Notes: a model not told the origin generated them from the sequence alone. DNA of 38,569 bases from Octopus bimaculoides (GCF_001194135.2 NC_068981.1:181368617-181407185); one strand, 5' to 3'; positions 1 to 13,944 are shown, numbered from the stretch's first letter. Translations and numbers: made by a program.

Positions 1-319
1 AACGGAACAGCCTGCTTGTGAAATTAATGTGCAAGTGGCTGAGCACTCCACAGACACATCTACCCTTAACGTAGTTCTCGGGGATATTCAGCATGACGCA
101 GTGACACAAGGCTGACCCTTTAAATTACAGGCACAACAGAAATAGGAAGTAAGAGTGAGAGAAAGTTGTGGTGAAAGAGTACAGCAGGGTTCGCCAGCAT
201 CCCCTGCCGGAGCCTCGTGCAGCTTTAGGTGTTTTCGCTCAATAAACACTCACAACGCCCAATCTGGGAATCAAAACCGCGAGTCCGCTGCCCTAACCAC
301 CGGGCCATTGCGCCTCCAC
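1..319 (-). mobile_element. tRNA-derived SINE family B, cut by the window edge
   Basis: The reverse complement aligns with 11413-11745, with a short deletion in the tRNA-like head. Confidence 0.85.
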
Positions 320-768
320 AACAGAGAAAGAGACAAAACTCTAAATGAAGCAGTTTCAAAGCAAGTTTCTTAACTACATAGAGACAGATATTGAACTGAT
401 CTGATTGGTAGCACATTTTCTGCATTTTGTAACTCTGCATCATTAGAGCAACAAGGTCCAAAATTTGTAAATCAAAACTAATTATTTTACTAATTCACCT
501 CAATATCTTTGTTGGGTGATGGATGGCAGAAATGGCAATCTTTAGATATTTTATAGAACTATTTCTGAACAATAATATCATTGTTGGTCATAGATTTCCA
601 ATGAGCCAAGCACTGGTTCATTGCATTTATGGTAGTGAGAGTGTCAATAAGGTGTCTGCATAACTCAGGCAGAACAAACCAAAACCAAATATTTTGCTCT
701 CACAAGAGTGATTTATTGGTGATTTTTATCACTGATGTGTACATCTTTCATCTCTCGCTCTCTCTCTA

Positions 769-1420
769 CACATACATATACATATATATACACAAATATA
801 CATACAAATATATACAAACACAGACACATACATATATACATATATATATATACACATACATATATACATATATATATACACACATACATATATACATATA
901 TATATACACACATACATATATATATATATTCACATACATATATACATATATATATACACACATACATATATACATATATATATACACACATACATATATA
1001 TATATATTCACATACATATATATACACACATATATATACACATACATATATATACATACATATGCATACATATATACACATGCATACNNNNNNNNNNNNN
1101 NNNNNNNNNNNNNNNNNNNNNNNNNNNNNNNNNNNNNNNNNNNNNNNNNNNNNNNNNNNNNNNNNNNNNNNNNNNNNNNNNNNNNNNNNNNNNNNNNNNN
1201 NNNNNNNNNNNNNNNNNNNNNNNNNNNNNNNNNNNNNNNNNNNNNNNNNNNNNNNNNNNNNNNNNNNNNNNNNNNNNNNNNNNNNNNNNNNNNNNNNNNN
1301 NNNNNNNNNNNNNNNNNNNNNNNNNNATACATACATATATATATACATATACATACATATATATATACATATACATACATATATATATACATATACATAC
1401 ATATATATACATACATACAT
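769..1420. repeat. Compound TA/CA microsatellite spanning a gap
   Basis: Seen directly; it explains the spurious Y/I/H/T-rich ORFs. Confidence 0.95.
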
Positions 1421-1696
1421 ATCCCTCACATGCATAAATACCACCATTATTGTTAAGTAGATAACAAATGTATGATGGCTGTCCACATTTCCACACAATT
1501 CTATTTATCAAAATTCTTTCCCAAAATGCTTTGTAATGTGACTGAATTGGGAACTATGTCACTTCTAATGATCTACTGTGCTTGAGAGACATGTCAAGCT
1601 AAGTAAAATTGTGGCCATCCATACATACAGGCATGTCCTTTATGGTATGCCTCCTATTCCCTCTCTCTCAGCTGAGAAGGCCCTGTTTTTCAGGCT

Positions 1697-2030
1697 CACA
1701 TCACTGGTGCCACATAAAAAGCACTCATTTCAGTGCCTCCCACGCCTGTTCCATGAAAAAAGCACCTGTGTTGGTGCCATGTTGACAAGTACCTGTGCCA
1801 GTGCTACATAAAAAGCACCTGTACCACAAGTGCAGCTGAGGGACGGGGGGGGGGGGGCCTGGGTACTTTTGGGTCTGCCGACCTGTACCAATGCCATGTA
1901 AAAAGTATCCAGTAGTAGAAACCATTCCAAAACAGACAATTGGAGCGTGAGTAGCTCTCCAGCTGGCCAGCTCCTATCAAACTGTCCAACCCATACCAGC
2001 ATGGAATACAGATGTTAAATGATGATGATC
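1697..2030 (+). mobile_element. Degenerate RTE-type 3' UTR/tail with repeated GTGCCA(C)..TAAAAAGCAC units
   Basis: Ends ...ccaacccataccagcatggaatacagatgttaaatgatgatgat, matching the RTE tail. Confidence 0.7.
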
Positions 2031-2417
2031 CTCCTCTAGTCATTCATTTGTTTTTGCTCTCTCTGGTTAACAGTATTATTAATACCCAGTAACACTATTA
2101 ACTAGGTAGTGTACAATATAGATTTCATAGTTACAATTATTATGGCTTTCAACATTTTATGTTACAGATTTTATAGTTAGAATCAGCAATTAGAATTGTG
2201 GCTTCATAATAACTCTATTTCTGAATTGTCATTCAGATAATTAGAAATCATAACAATGCACACTGATTAGAAAATTTGCATTTCACTCGCTTCTTTTTTT
2301 TTTTTACTCATTTAATTGTGTTACAAAAAATTAAATGTACATTCCGTCTATATTTCACTGATCTGAAAATCTCCCTGGAAATAGAATATTAGAGGCTGTG
2401 ATTATAATAGTTAAATA

Positions 2418-2795
2418 CAGTGGCTGTGTGGTAAGAAGCTTGCTTCAAAACCATATGATTCCAGGTTCAGTCCCACTGCATGGCACCTCGGGCAAGTGTC
2501 TCCTAATATAGCCTTAGGCCAACCAAAGCTTTGTAAATGGATTTGGTAGATGGAAACTGAAAGAAGACCATCACATATATGTTGTGTGAGTGTGTGTGCC
2601 TTTGTGACTTTGTCTGTCCCCACACCACTGATCGACAACTGGTGCTGGTATGTTTATGTCCACATAACTTAGAGACTGATGGAATAAGTACCAGGCTTTA
2701 AAAAAAATAAATACTGGGTTGATTCATTTGACTAAAACTTCTTCAAAGCAGTGTCCTACCATGGCCAGCCTAATGACTGAAGCAAGATAAAGACA
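2418..2795 (+). mobile_element. Family A SINE
   Basis: Same head, CORE-like region and tail as 17450-17894. Confidence 0.8.
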
Positions 2796-2959
2796 AAAAC
2801 AAAAAAAAAAACACACACACACACGCAATAAATACTGGAGCCCTAATTTTGAAGTTAAAAAGAAAAAGGAAACCTTACACTTGGGGACTACATCCTCCTT
2901 TTCAAATGAAAGAAAGATAGAAAGAAAGAAAAAAGTGTTAACTTTGTCACCAGTTTGGC

Positions 2960-3575
2960 TTAAACCCTTGGTTATCCTTAAATTTGTTTCGGTCATCTGA
3001 CTGTGGCCATGCTGGAGCACCACCTTTAGTCGAACAAATCAACTCTGGGACTTATTCTTTGTAAGCCTAGTACTTATTCTATTAGTCTCTTCTGCCGAAC
3101 CGCTAAGTTACAGGGGCCGTAAACACACCAACATCGGTTGTTAAGCGATGGTGGGGGGACAAACACAGACACACACACACATATATATATATGTGTATAT
3201 ATGATGGGCTTTCAGTTTCTATCTACCAAATCCATTCACAAGGCTTTGGTTGGCCTGAGGCTATAGTAGAAGACACTTGCCCAAAGTGCCATGCAGTGGG
3301 ACTGAGCCCGGAACCATGTAGTTGGGAAGCAAACCTCTTACCACACAGCCACTCCTGCGCCTATATTTCTGCTAAAATTCAAAACCTTTGTTTTAATTAA
3401 TTTTGAAAATAATGAAGTATTTAGTCAAATAATTTTGTCATTATGAAGCTGATATTTGGAACATAAATTAACATGAAATTTTGATTGAAGGTTTTACTTT
3501 GGAGCATTTTAAAAGCTGGAAGTTTGTATCTTAGAACCAGGAGACAGTCTGAAGCAGGGTTATTGAAGGGGTTAA
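2960..3575 (+). mobile_element. MITE P2 interrupted by the family A SINE at 2982-3358
   Basis: A TIR-like TTAAACCCTTGGTTA lies at 2960; the body resumes at about 3363 and ends GGGGTTAA at 3575. Confidence 0.5.
2982..3358 (-). mobile_element. Family A SINE, inserted into a piggyBac-type MITE
   Basis: Reverse complement of family A. Confidence 0.8.
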
Positions 3576-3629
3576 AAAGAGAACACTGCTCCATTTGAAA
3601 ACAAAATGCCTTTATTCGTTTGTTCTTTC

Positions 3630-4000
3630 TATTTTACTTGTTTCAGTCATTGAACTGTGGATATGCCCCAGCATGGCCACAGAAGAATTTTAGTCAAACA
3701 AACCAACCCCAATACTTATGTTAAAGTCTGGTGCTTATTCCATTAGTCTCTTATGCAGAACCTATCAATTATGAGGATGTAAGCAAACCAAAACCAGTTG
3801 TCAAGTGGTAGTGGGGGCAGACAAATAGACACAAAGAAGCACACATGCACATACATATATGATGGGCTTCCACACAGTTTCCATCCACCAAATTCACTCA
3901 CAAGCATTGGTTGGCCTGGGTCTATAATACCAGGGATTTGTCCAAGGTGTTACACAGTGGGACTGAACCTGAAACTGTGTGGTTGTGAAGCATGGTAACC
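3630..4000 (-). mobile_element. Family A SINE, degenerate
   Basis: Tail ttttacttgtttcagtcatt and head fragments in reverse orientation. Confidence 0.75.
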
Positions 4001-4044
4001 ATTTTTATGTCTTAATTTCTAGTTCCAAAAGAAGACTCGTTCAA

Positions 4045-4312
4045 CATCATCATCATCATCATCACCACTTAATGTCTATTTACCATGGGTGGCATGATTT
4101 GATTGGTACTGGTAAACTGGAGAGGAGTTGCACCAGGCTCTAGTTATCTGCTTTGGTATGATTTCTATGGCTGGATGCCCTTCTTAATGTCAACCGCTTG
4201 ACAGAGTGTACTGGGTGCCTTTTATGTGTTACCTGCACAGGTACCTTTTACTTGTCACTAGCACAAGTGCCTTTTACGTATTCCTAGCACAGGTGCCTTT
4301 TATATATCACCA
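4045..4312 (-). mobile_element. Degenerate RTE-type tail
   Basis: (CAT)n followed by ttaatgtc...ccatg...ggatgcccttc...gtgccttt repeat units. Confidence 0.65.
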
Positions 4313-4503
4313 TAATAGTATATAATACAGGTACCCACCCCATGTTACAGAAGCCTCCTTTTCTAAAAAGTTGCCATCAGTTGGAGTTTTGCAATGTGAA
4401 ACAAATTTTTTGACTGATGTCCATTTTCACAGATTTTCATGTAATAAACAAAAAAAAAGGAAAAAGGGTTTCACATTATGAATCTCTACATTGCTCAATA
4501 TTA

Positions 4504-4696
4504 GGTACAGACATGGCTGTATGGTTAAGAACTTTGCTTTGCAACCATGTGGTTTCAGGTTCAGTCCCACTGGGCAGCACCTTGGGCAAATGTTTTCTAA
4601 TATAGCTCTGGGATGACCAATGCCTTGTGAATGAATTTGGTAAATGGGAACTGTGTGGAAGCCCACCGTATATATATTTCTCTTCCTCGGTGTGTG

Positions 4697-4760
<64 letters not shown>

Positions 4761-4958
4761 GTGTTTGTCTTCCCTCCACCACTACTGGACAACCAGTGCT
4801 GGTTTGTTTATGTCCCCATAACTTAGTGGCCCGGCAAAATACCAGACTTTAAAAAAAGATAAGTGTTGGGTCAATTTGTTCAATGAAACCCATCATGGTA
4901 GTGTCACAGCGTGGCCACAGTCCAATGAATAAAACAAGTGAAAAATAAAAGATAAAAG
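4504..4958 (+). mobile_element. Family A SINE with long (TG)n at 4691-4756
   Basis: Head, CORE-like region and tail match family A. Confidence 0.8.
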
Positions 4959-5278
4959 TTTATAATGGGATTTTTCAAAACTGCGATGCTTCTTTAACAT
5001 AGGAATGCCTGAATTTGATTGGATACAATCTAGGCACCTTGATTTCTAAATTAAGGCCAGTAACCTGTTTGATATACATATCTAAACATCTGAGCTGTTA
5101 TTCTGAATATATTTTTACAGACTAATTGCTCTCATTTTCTGAGTGTATATTTAGATCTATACCAGATTTCCATTGATTTCATCTCCAATTCACTTATTCT
5201 AAGATCTGTACATGATCTGATAGAACAGCCTAGTTCAGTGTTTTGAAATTTATTTTGGTGCAGAAAACGGCCATTTTC

Positions 5279-5597
5279 GACATGTAAAAAGCACCATCTG
5301 AACATGGCCGTTGCCAGTGCCCCCTGACTGGCTCCCATGCCGGGGGCACATAAAAAGCACTATCTGATTGTGATTGATGCCAGGTCCACCTGACTGGCTC
5401 CTGTGTCAGTGGCAGGAAAAAACACCCACCACACTCTCGGAGTGGTTGGCATTAGGAAGGGCGTCCAGCTGCGGAAACATTGCCAGATCATATTGGAGTC
5501 TTGTGCAGCCACTGGCTCTCCAGACCTTAGTCAAACCGCCCAACCCATGCCAGCATGGAAAATGGACGTTAAACGATGATGATGATCATGATGATGG
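5279..5597 (+). mobile_element. RTE-type 3' UTR/tail
   Basis: cactctcggagtggttggcattaggaagggcgtccagctg...ccaacccatgccagcatggaaaatggacgttaaacgatgatgat. Confidence 0.8.
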
Positions 5598-5630
5598 AAA
5601 CCTTATATAACTTGACAAAGTCATGGAACC

Positions 5631-5893
5631 TATCTTTTACCTTTTACTTGTTTTAGTCATTGGACTCTGGCCATGCTGGGGTACCATCTTGAAGGGCTTT
5701 AGTCAAACAAATCAACCCCAGTACTGATTTTTTAAAGTCTGGTACTTTTTCTGTCAAACCATTTTGCTGAACTGCTAAGTTATGGTAACCCTAAATCAAC
5801 AACAGTTGCCAAAATTGTGATGGAGGTGTGTAACAAACACTGACACAAAGAAATACACACACACCTATATGGCAGGTTTCCTTACAGTTTCGT
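5631..5893 (-). mobile_element. Family A SINE 3' part
   Basis: Tail and body match family A; it abuts the RTE tail at about 5897. Confidence 0.7.
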
Positions 5894-5896
5894 TTA

Positions 5897-6453
5897 ATCA
5901 TTTAATGTCTACTTTCCATGCTGGCATGGGTTGGACGGTTTGACTGAGGACTGGTGAAACCAGATGGCTACACCAGGCTCCAATCTGAACAGGCAATGTT
6001 TTTACAGCTGGATGCCCTTCCTAACGCCAACCACTCCGAGAGTGTAGTGGGTGATTTTTATGTGCTGCCGGCACAGAAGCTAGTCAGGCGGGCCTGGCAT
6101 CAATCACGTTCGGATAGTGCTTTTTACAAGCCACCAGCATGGGAGCCAGTCAGGGGATACTGGCATTGGCCACGTTCGAATTGTGCATTTTACATGTCAC
6201 CAGAACAGGAGCCAGTCAGGGGGTGCTGGCCACAACTACAATTTGGGTTTTTATTTGATTCAACAGGTCTTCTCAAGCATATCATATCACCTGATGCATC
6301 AAGGGTACTTTTAAATGGGCTGGACATGCAACACTGGCATCAGCCATGACTGCGATCTCACTTTAGTTGCCAAGTCTTCTCAATCACAGCATATCTCCAA
6401 AGGTCTCCTGTCATTGCCTCTGTAAGGCCCAATGTTTGAAGGTCATGCTTCAC
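5897..6453 (-). mobile_element. RTE LINE 3' fragment including the ORF end (VKHDLQTLGLTEAMTGDLWRYAVIEKTWQLK*) and 3' UTR
   Basis: 6385-6453 aligns with 20628-20697, and 5897-6060 aligns with the 20010-20165 tail. Confidence 0.8.
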
Positions 6454-8493
6454 ATTTTAAAATAATATTCAACGTGATTTATATGATTGGAAATTTAATT
6501 CCAAAGTGTTCATGGTTCCATAGTGAGGATCTGGTCAAAGACTTTGCAATTAAAAAAAGTAGGAGAAAACTTTTCAAGTACATTCCATCCAACTGTCAGA
6601 CCTGCTTTGGNNNNNNNNNNNNNNNNNNNNNNNNNNNNNNNNNNNNNNNNNNNNNNNNNNNNNNNNNNNNNNNNNNNNNNNNNNNNNNNNNNNNNNNNNN
6701 NNNNNNNNNNNNNNNNNNNNNNNNNNNNNNNNNNNNNNNNNNNNNNNNNNNNNNNNNNNNNNNNNNNNNNNNNNNNNNNNNNNNNNNNNNNNNNNNNNNN
6801 NNNNNNNNNNNNNNNNNNNNNNNNNNNNNNNNNNNNNNNNNNNNNNNNNNNNNNNNNNNNNNNNNNNNNNNNNNNNNNNNNNNNNNNNNNNNNNNNNNNN
6901 NNNNNNNNNNNNNNNNNNNNNNNNNNNNNNNNNNNNNNNNNNNNNNNNNNNNNNNNNNNNNNNNNNNNNNNNNNNNNNNNNNNNNNNNNNNNNNNNNNNN
7001 NNNNNNNNNNNNNNNNNNNNNNNNNNNNNNNNNNNNNNNNNNNNNNNNNNNNNNNNNNNNNNNNNNNNNNNNNNNNNNNNNNNNNNNNNNNNNNNNNNNN
7101 NNNNNNNNNNNNNNNNNNNNNNNNNNNNNNNNNNNNNNNNNNNNNNNNNNNNNNNNNNNNNNNNNNNNNNNNNNNNNNNNNNNNNNNNNNNNNNNNNNNN
7201 NNNNNNNNNNNNNNNNNNNNNNNNNNNNNNNNNNNNNNNNNNNNNNNNNNNNNNNNNNNNNNNNNNNNNNNNNNNNNNNNNNNNNNNNNNNNNNNNNNNN
7301 NNNNNNNNNNNNNNNNNNNNNNNNNNNNNNNNNNNNNNNNNNNNNNNNNNNNNNNNNNNNNNNNNNNNNNNNNNNNNNNNNNNNNNNNNNNNNNNNNNNN
7401 NNNNNNNNNNNNNNNNNNNNNNNNNNNNNNNNNNNNNNNNNNNNNNNNNNNNNNNNNAAAAAAAAAAAAAAAAAAAAAAAAGAAAGATAGAACGTAAAGG
7501 CATTAAATAATGTAAACAAACATAGAATGAACTAAGTAAATAATTCAAATATCAATAAAATAATATTCCGAGAAGTGGGTCAAACTTCTGAGTAATGTAG
7601 CGTTTGTATCACTTAGTGGCGTGCTTTATATTTTCAAATCAATTTCAATGTGAAAATGTATTATACATTTTTTAGATACATATTCTATACTTTTTAAAAA
7701 ATAATATGAAGGTTGTTAGTTTTTGGTTGAGGCAACTTGCCAACTGACAATAATAGAAGATGGATTGGCTCAGTTTTTTTTTTTCTGAATTACATGTGTT
7801 TTTTATGGATGTCTTTAAATACCAATTAGAGCCAATATTTTATTTATAGTTCAGTAAAGTCTTTTTTTTCTTTCCTTAAAAAAACATATACAAAAAGTTG
7901 ATTTTCATGTAAATCATACTGTTGCCTTAGCATTAAGGATTATATAAATTATAAGGATTATCTTGGTGCTAGATACTATGGTATCTACCAGCTAGTGTCC
8001 TATGATGACAATGTCCAATTAAATGCTTAGAACTATAAAAGAACTTTTGGATATGTTCCAGGGATGAGGTGTATACATTAATATAATAAATTTCAACACA
8101 TGAAAGGCTACTGTGGATGAATTGATAAAATATTAGAAAAGCTGACTCATAAACTGTTTATATCACATCAATGATGCTCTACTGCATATATGCCCTGGAC
8201 ACTATACTCTCAAGGCCCAGTCCAACAGCTGTACAGAGGGGATACAGGGTTAAACATTCCACTGTTGTACATAACTGTAGCACTCTGAAACAGTTATTCC
8301 ATTGAGCTCAACTCCTCCCATGGGTGCAGCCAAAAGAAGAGTTGTCTCCCTTGATTACCCATTGATGGATACTTCTGATAACCTACATTACAGTCATTTA
8401 TAATGATATGGTCTATAACAGTTTATATCCCAATGCAGGTACTTTGTTACATCTCTGGCTTACACATTGAAATTTTTAGAACTCATTGCACTA

Positions 8494-8887
8494 CTCTCTT
8501 TTACTCTTTTTCCTGTTTCAATCATTTGACTGCGGCCATGCTGGAGCACTGCTTTTAGTCGAGCAAATCGACCCCAGGACTTATTCTTTGTAATCCTAGT
8601 ACTTATTCTATCAGTCTCTTTTGCCAAACCGCTAAGTTACGGGGACGTAAACACACCACCATCAGTTGTCAAGCGATGTTGGGGGGACAGACACAGACAC
8701 ACAAACATATATATATATACATATATACGACAGGCTTCTTTCAGTTTCCGTCTACCAAATCCACTCACAAGGCTTTGGTCGGCCCTAGGCTATAGCAGAA
8801 GACACTTGCCCAAGGTGCCACGCAGTGGAACTGAACCCAGAACCATGTGGTTGGTAAGTGAGCTACTTACCACACAGCCTGTGCCTG
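8494..8887 (-). mobile_element. Full-length family A SINE
   Basis: Close match to 19241-19634. Confidence 0.85.
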
Positions 8888-9575
8888 TTTATGATTTGTA
8901 ATTAATAGTTTCCCTCAGTATAAGATGTGAACCTTTGAGTCCCTAATGCATAGGTCTGTCATTGCATTAGATCTTTTGTGCACCCATTGATTGCACAGAT
9001 AAACATACCGCTCAGAAAGTAAATGCCTCCAAGGCCTCAAGATAGCAATAATTTCATGGAATTAAGCAGATGAGAGACAATCCTTTCCTTGTAGAAGCTA
9101 TCAAGCTTTTGCAAGTTTTAGTCTCAGGTGATCTCATATCAATTTCCAATATCTGGATAAACTAAACACAATTTGGTGAAAGGTTTGCGTTTCTAAGTAA
9201 ACATTGTGTGAGCATATAGCCCAATAGTTCAATATTTCATTTACATGACCAATCCACTTCTATGACTAATATGTCAGCTGATCCACTAAGGAAGAATGGC
9301 AAATGTCAGTCATTTGCAAAAAATTTTGTCTAAGCCTGCACATACATGGTCAACATTGATTGATAGAAGTTCTAACACACACATACACACAGTTTTTCTA
9401 CTGGCCTTGCTAACAACTCAAACTTTTAAAGATGGCTGGCCTTCAGAAAAGTTTTTAGAGAAAACAATTGGTTTTTATATATTTCATATTAAGAGATCTG
9501 AAATATTCACTGGATCATTGTAAACAGACATATGACAAAATAATGGATTTATTTCATTTCCAAAGACATTACCTA

Positions 9576-9937
9576 TATCTTATCTTTTACTTGTTTCAGT
9601 CATTAGACTGTGGCCATGCTAGGGCACCACTTGAAGAATTTTAGTCAAGCAAATCAACTCCTGTACTTAGTATTTTTTTTTTAATGCCTGGTACTTATTC
9701 TATTGGTCTCCTCTACTAAACGATTAATTTACAGGGATGTAAACACACCAACACTGGTTGTCAAGCAGTGGTTAGGAACACACAGACACAAAGACACACA
9801 CAACACGACAAGTTTTTTTTCAGTTTCCATCTACCAAATCCACTCTGAAGGCTCTGGTTAGCTGGAGGCTACAGTAGAAGACACTTGCCCAAGGTGCCAC
9901 ACAGTAGAAGTGAACCCAGAACCATGTGGTTGGGAAA
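9576..9937 (-). mobile_element. Family A SINE
   Basis: Tail, body and CORE-like region match. Confidence 0.8.
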
Positions 9938-10006
9938 GTTTTCTTTTTTGACAAAAAAGAAAAAAAAAGTATGGCTAACAAATCATTTTATTTTTAACAG
10001 ACACTG

Positions 10007-10092
10007 AGATTATGCAATAGATTATGTCTCCTGCAATAGATTACGCAATAGATTATGTCTCCTGCAATAGATTACGCAATAGATTATGTCTC
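10007..10092. repeat. 31-bp minisatellite (about 2.8 copies) built from GCAATAGATTA cores
   Basis: Cores at 10014, 10033, 10045, 10064 and 10076. Confidence 0.9.
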
Positions 10093-11412
10093 TTTTATCA
10101 CATACCAACCTGTGTAATATACTGGTTTAACTGATTATCTTGACTAATATATGTTAATATAGCATTTTTTATAAATGTGAGCATAGTGTTTTCAATAAAT
10201 GTAGGCTGTGAGGGTTGAAAAAGAGGTAGATGAATTGCTATGTTTAACAAAATTTAATGGTTTTAAACTATGATAACTTGTCCACTACCACGGTGAAGAA
10301 TGAAGAATTATATGGCTATAAACTTTATTTTGTATTCTCATAAATAAAGAGTGGGTTGAAGAGAAGAAATTTTCCATAATATTTTGATTGGAGGGAGTCT
10401 AGCAGTTATCAGTTTCTGCAACGCACTCTGCTAACATAGTGTTTGTCTAACACCAATTAGCCCCCTTAACAAACCATTTGTATCTGTGACTAACAAACAA
10501 ACTCTGCAAACATCCTTGGCCTCTCCTTTACTTCTGAACCTAACCTTTAACTTTCCTTTGCAATCTATGCATCCCATAAGATAACTTGATATTTGTTTCA
10601 TGCACCACATCTACGTACCAACAATAGTTACATGACTTGCTAGAAAAAGTAGCCAACTCTTTCTCAAATCTCACCCTACTGTCTTAAAAAGGACACATTG
10701 GATGTTGTAATCTTAGATACGTAATGACAAGAAAACAGACTGGATGACAATGATTGGAGTGCTTTCAACCATAGAACTGCTTAATTAAGCCTGTTCTCTC
10801 CATCAACCACAATCTGATATGGAGGCCATGTATTTGAGCCTGAGATACTGGCTTGATGTGCCTACTCTGCCACACTGCCTTGAAGGGTGCAATTTTTATA
10901 CTTTTACCCTGGGGTAAAGTTGATTACATCGACATGAGTGCTCAACTGGTATTTATTTTATCGGCTCTGAAAGGATGAAAAACAAAGTCAACCTCAGTTG
11001 AACTTGAACTCAGAACATAAGGATGGATGAAATACCACAAAGCATTTTACCCAGTGTGCTAATGATTCTGCCATCTCACTACCTTTTATGAAGTATAGTC
11101 TAGGAATAAAATAGCTCAACAGCAAGTTCAAATAGACAGATTTAGAAGAATATCAATGGGTGTAGCATAGCTAGGGAGGGGAGTGGCCTGGCCCAAGCAA
11201 CACTTTTATGGGGGTTGTACTTTCGGGTTTGCTGAATAAGTCTATGTAGGTTTAGGGGCTCACAGTGAAGGGGAAGAAGCTCAAAGGCTGCTTTCAGGAG
11301 GTAGTTACACTGCTGATTAATAGAATATAAGTGGAAGAAAGAGAGGAACAAAAAGATGAAGATCTTTGTTTGTTATAGCAAAGATGAAATATATTTGGGT
11401 TAGGGTATCATA

Positions 11413-11799
11413 GTGGAGGCGCAATGGCCCAGTGGTTAGGGCAGCAGACTCGTGGTCATAGGATCGTGGTTTCGATTCCCAGACCAGGCGTTGTGAGTGT
11501 TTATTGAACGAAAACACCTGAAGCTCCATGAGGCTCCAGCAGTGGATGGTGGCAAACCCTGCTGTACTCTTTCACCACAACTTTCTCTCACTCTTACTTC
11601 CTGTTTCCATTGTGCCTGTAATTCAAAGGGTCAGCCTTGTCACACTGTGTCACGCTGAATATCCCCGAGAACTATGTTAAGGGTACACGTGTCTGTGGAG
11701 TGCTCAGCCACTTGCACGTTAATTTCATGAGCAGGCTGTTCTGTTGATTGGATCAACTGGAACCCTCGATGTCGTAAGCGACGGAGTGCCAACAACAAC
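11413..11799 (+). mobile_element. Full-length tRNA-derived SINE (family B) with (CAA)n tail and 11-bp TSD
   Basis: A-box TGGCCCAGTGG and B-box-like GTTTCGATTCC. AGGGTATCATA flanks both sides (11402-11412 and 11800-11810). Confidence 0.85.
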
Positions 11800-12289
11800 A
11801 GGGTATCATAAGAGGTGGTGAAGAGGAAATTATCAATAAAAAAACTTCAAACAACATAGAAAAATTAAGAAATTTTACAAGGGAGATGAAGTTTACTGAA
11901 CTGACTGGGAAAAGGAATCTGCATGTTTAGCATAAGTCTTACATTCAATATTGGATGGAAAAGAAACCGTCTGATTCCATGAATGATTAGAATTATCTGC
12001 TTGGTTACCTTATGCTGGCGTAAACCTGGAACTTTATTGATTTGGACAAATATGGTTAAGAAAACCCGTTTTTGATCAGTATGAAAGAATTAAGAAAAGA
12101 GTGAGGACTTTTACGGAAGGAAAGGTGGTGGGTGGGAGAGAACGGGGAAGTAAGTATGTATTGATGTTTTTGCTTTTCCCAAGGGTCCAATGATTTAAGT
12201 GAAAAGAACTGGTTTCAAATAGCAATTGAAATGTCAGCTCACTCGAAGAACACCAATAGGATTGATCTATTTAATCATGATCATGATTA

Positions 12290-12424
12290 CCAGTAGTAGT
12301 AGTAATAGTGGTAATAGTAGTAGTTGTGGCAATGGAATGGTAATAGCAGTGTAGTGGTAGTAGTAGCTGCAGCAGTAATGGTGGTGGTGGTAGTAGTAGT
12401 AGTAGTAGTGACGACAGCAGCAGC
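12290..12424. repeat. Mixed trinucleotide repeat (TAG/TGG/CAG)
   Basis: Seen directly. Confidence 0.85.
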
Positions 12425-13369
12425 AAAGTTTGCTTAATCTCCACTCCCAGGCATATTTGAATTAAAAACAGTTTCTTGGACATATGCTCGCTCTGTTGTG
12501 GTACAATAAGAAGAATCATTAATACTATTACACTGTCTTAAAAGGAGAAATATTATCTGAACATCAAGAGATGACAAACAAAGCCAACTGTGTTAAGTAA
12601 TTCACCAAGATCTAATTTCGCTTGATTTTTATTCAAACAATGTCTTCACACATTTGTGTAGAGTGGCTCCTACTGTGTTAGATGTCATTGAATAGATTCA
12701 ATTCATTTAAACTTGTTGGAGCAGGGATGAGCTAAATAGATAAGAAATTATCTAAAGAAATGAATGTTTAAATTATTACTAAGCGAGAGAAATAGGTTTA
12801 AATTCATGAGTCAATTGAGAAGAGTTACGGTGCAGGCTATAAAATCTGCAGGAACTAAACCCAATGTCAAAATAACTTTTATATTGCCCCTCCCCACTGC
12901 TCCTACACCTAGCACATCATTCTCCAACCGTTTAATCTATCCTCCTTCTCAGGCCACGGCTAGCTCTCTCACATCATCCCGTCACCATACTGGCATTTCC
13001 CATCAACTGCACCTCTACCCTTGCTCATCAATCACTGCACTTACCTCTATCTCATTCTGTTTGTCTTCCATCACATTCTTATAAAAGTACCCACCCATTT
13101 CTTCCCTCCCCTGATCCACTGTCTGCATCCTCTCTTTTGTACCTTGGGAATTTGCTCTGGCACCCCACCTTAATCTCTTTCCCAGCTGTTCCGACCCTTA
13201 TATAATGTGGGGCAGTATGTATCTCTTCTATAGCGAGACATCTGTGCTTGTTCCTCTGCCATACTTTTAGCCTCTCAACACCTAGCATAAAGTTACCCAC
13301 TTCTCTCAAATGCTACCCCCTCCCACTCAGTTGAGGGGGGGGGGGTGCTTTTCCTGCTCTTTTTCTGTT

Positions 13370-13667
13370 TTGCAAGTTACTTAGCAACCTCACTAATGTC
13401 AGTGTCATGAAAAAAGCAGAAAGTCCACTCAGTAAAGCAGTTGGTATTAGGAAAGGCATCCAGCTATGCCAAAACAGACCTCACCAGAGCTGGTGTTACA
13501 TAAAAAGCACTGAGTCCACTCTGTAAAGTGGTTGGCATGAGGAAGGGTATCCAGTTGTAAAGATCATGCCAAAGAGACAGTGGGGCTTGATGCAGTTCTC
13601 TGGCTTGAGAATGGAAGATGGATGTTAAATGATGATGATGATGATAAATGATAATGATGATGATGTT
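13370..13667 (+). mobile_element. RTE-type 3' UTR/tail with an internal duplication of the 'gtccactc...gttgg...aggaa...gcatccag' block
   Basis: The block occurs twice (about 13423-13465 and 13515-13556) and is followed by a (GAT)n tail. Confidence 0.65.
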
Positions 13668-13944
13668 CTTGTAAAATAAATTTGTCGAAACTAGGGCTAA
13701 ACACAGCCACAGATGATGATCATCATCATTTTGGGAGACAATATATAAGTACAAGTTAAATAATGGAGTCAATTTAATCAACTGTTGCTTCCTCCTAAAA
13801 TTTGTGGCCTTGTGTCTATGATAGAAATTATTACCATTAGTATTATAATGATGACAGGCCATATAATACTACTCTATATTTTTGAGATGAAGAACTATGT
13901 TCATGATTTATAATGGATGGATAAGTGTCCTCATCTTGTTTGTT

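Noticed and set aside
629-1511. Long Y/I/H/T- and V/C/M-rich ORFs here, at 33597-34541 and at other microsatellites
   Set aside because: They are translations of TA/CA microsatellites and N-gaps, not proteins.
1840-1863. G-runs as G-quadruplex candidates (also 13334-13346)
   Set aside because: Simple poly-G runs inside repeats, prone to sequencing error, with no supporting context.
6432-7548. ORFs of 300-420 aa spanning N-gaps (also 20067-20867 and 31894-33265)
   Set aside because: Their length comes from Ns, and the flanks are repeat-derived.
11413-11490. tRNA genes at SINE heads (also 17450 and others)
   Set aside because: A/B-box-like motifs run straight into SINE bodies without a complete cloverleaf.
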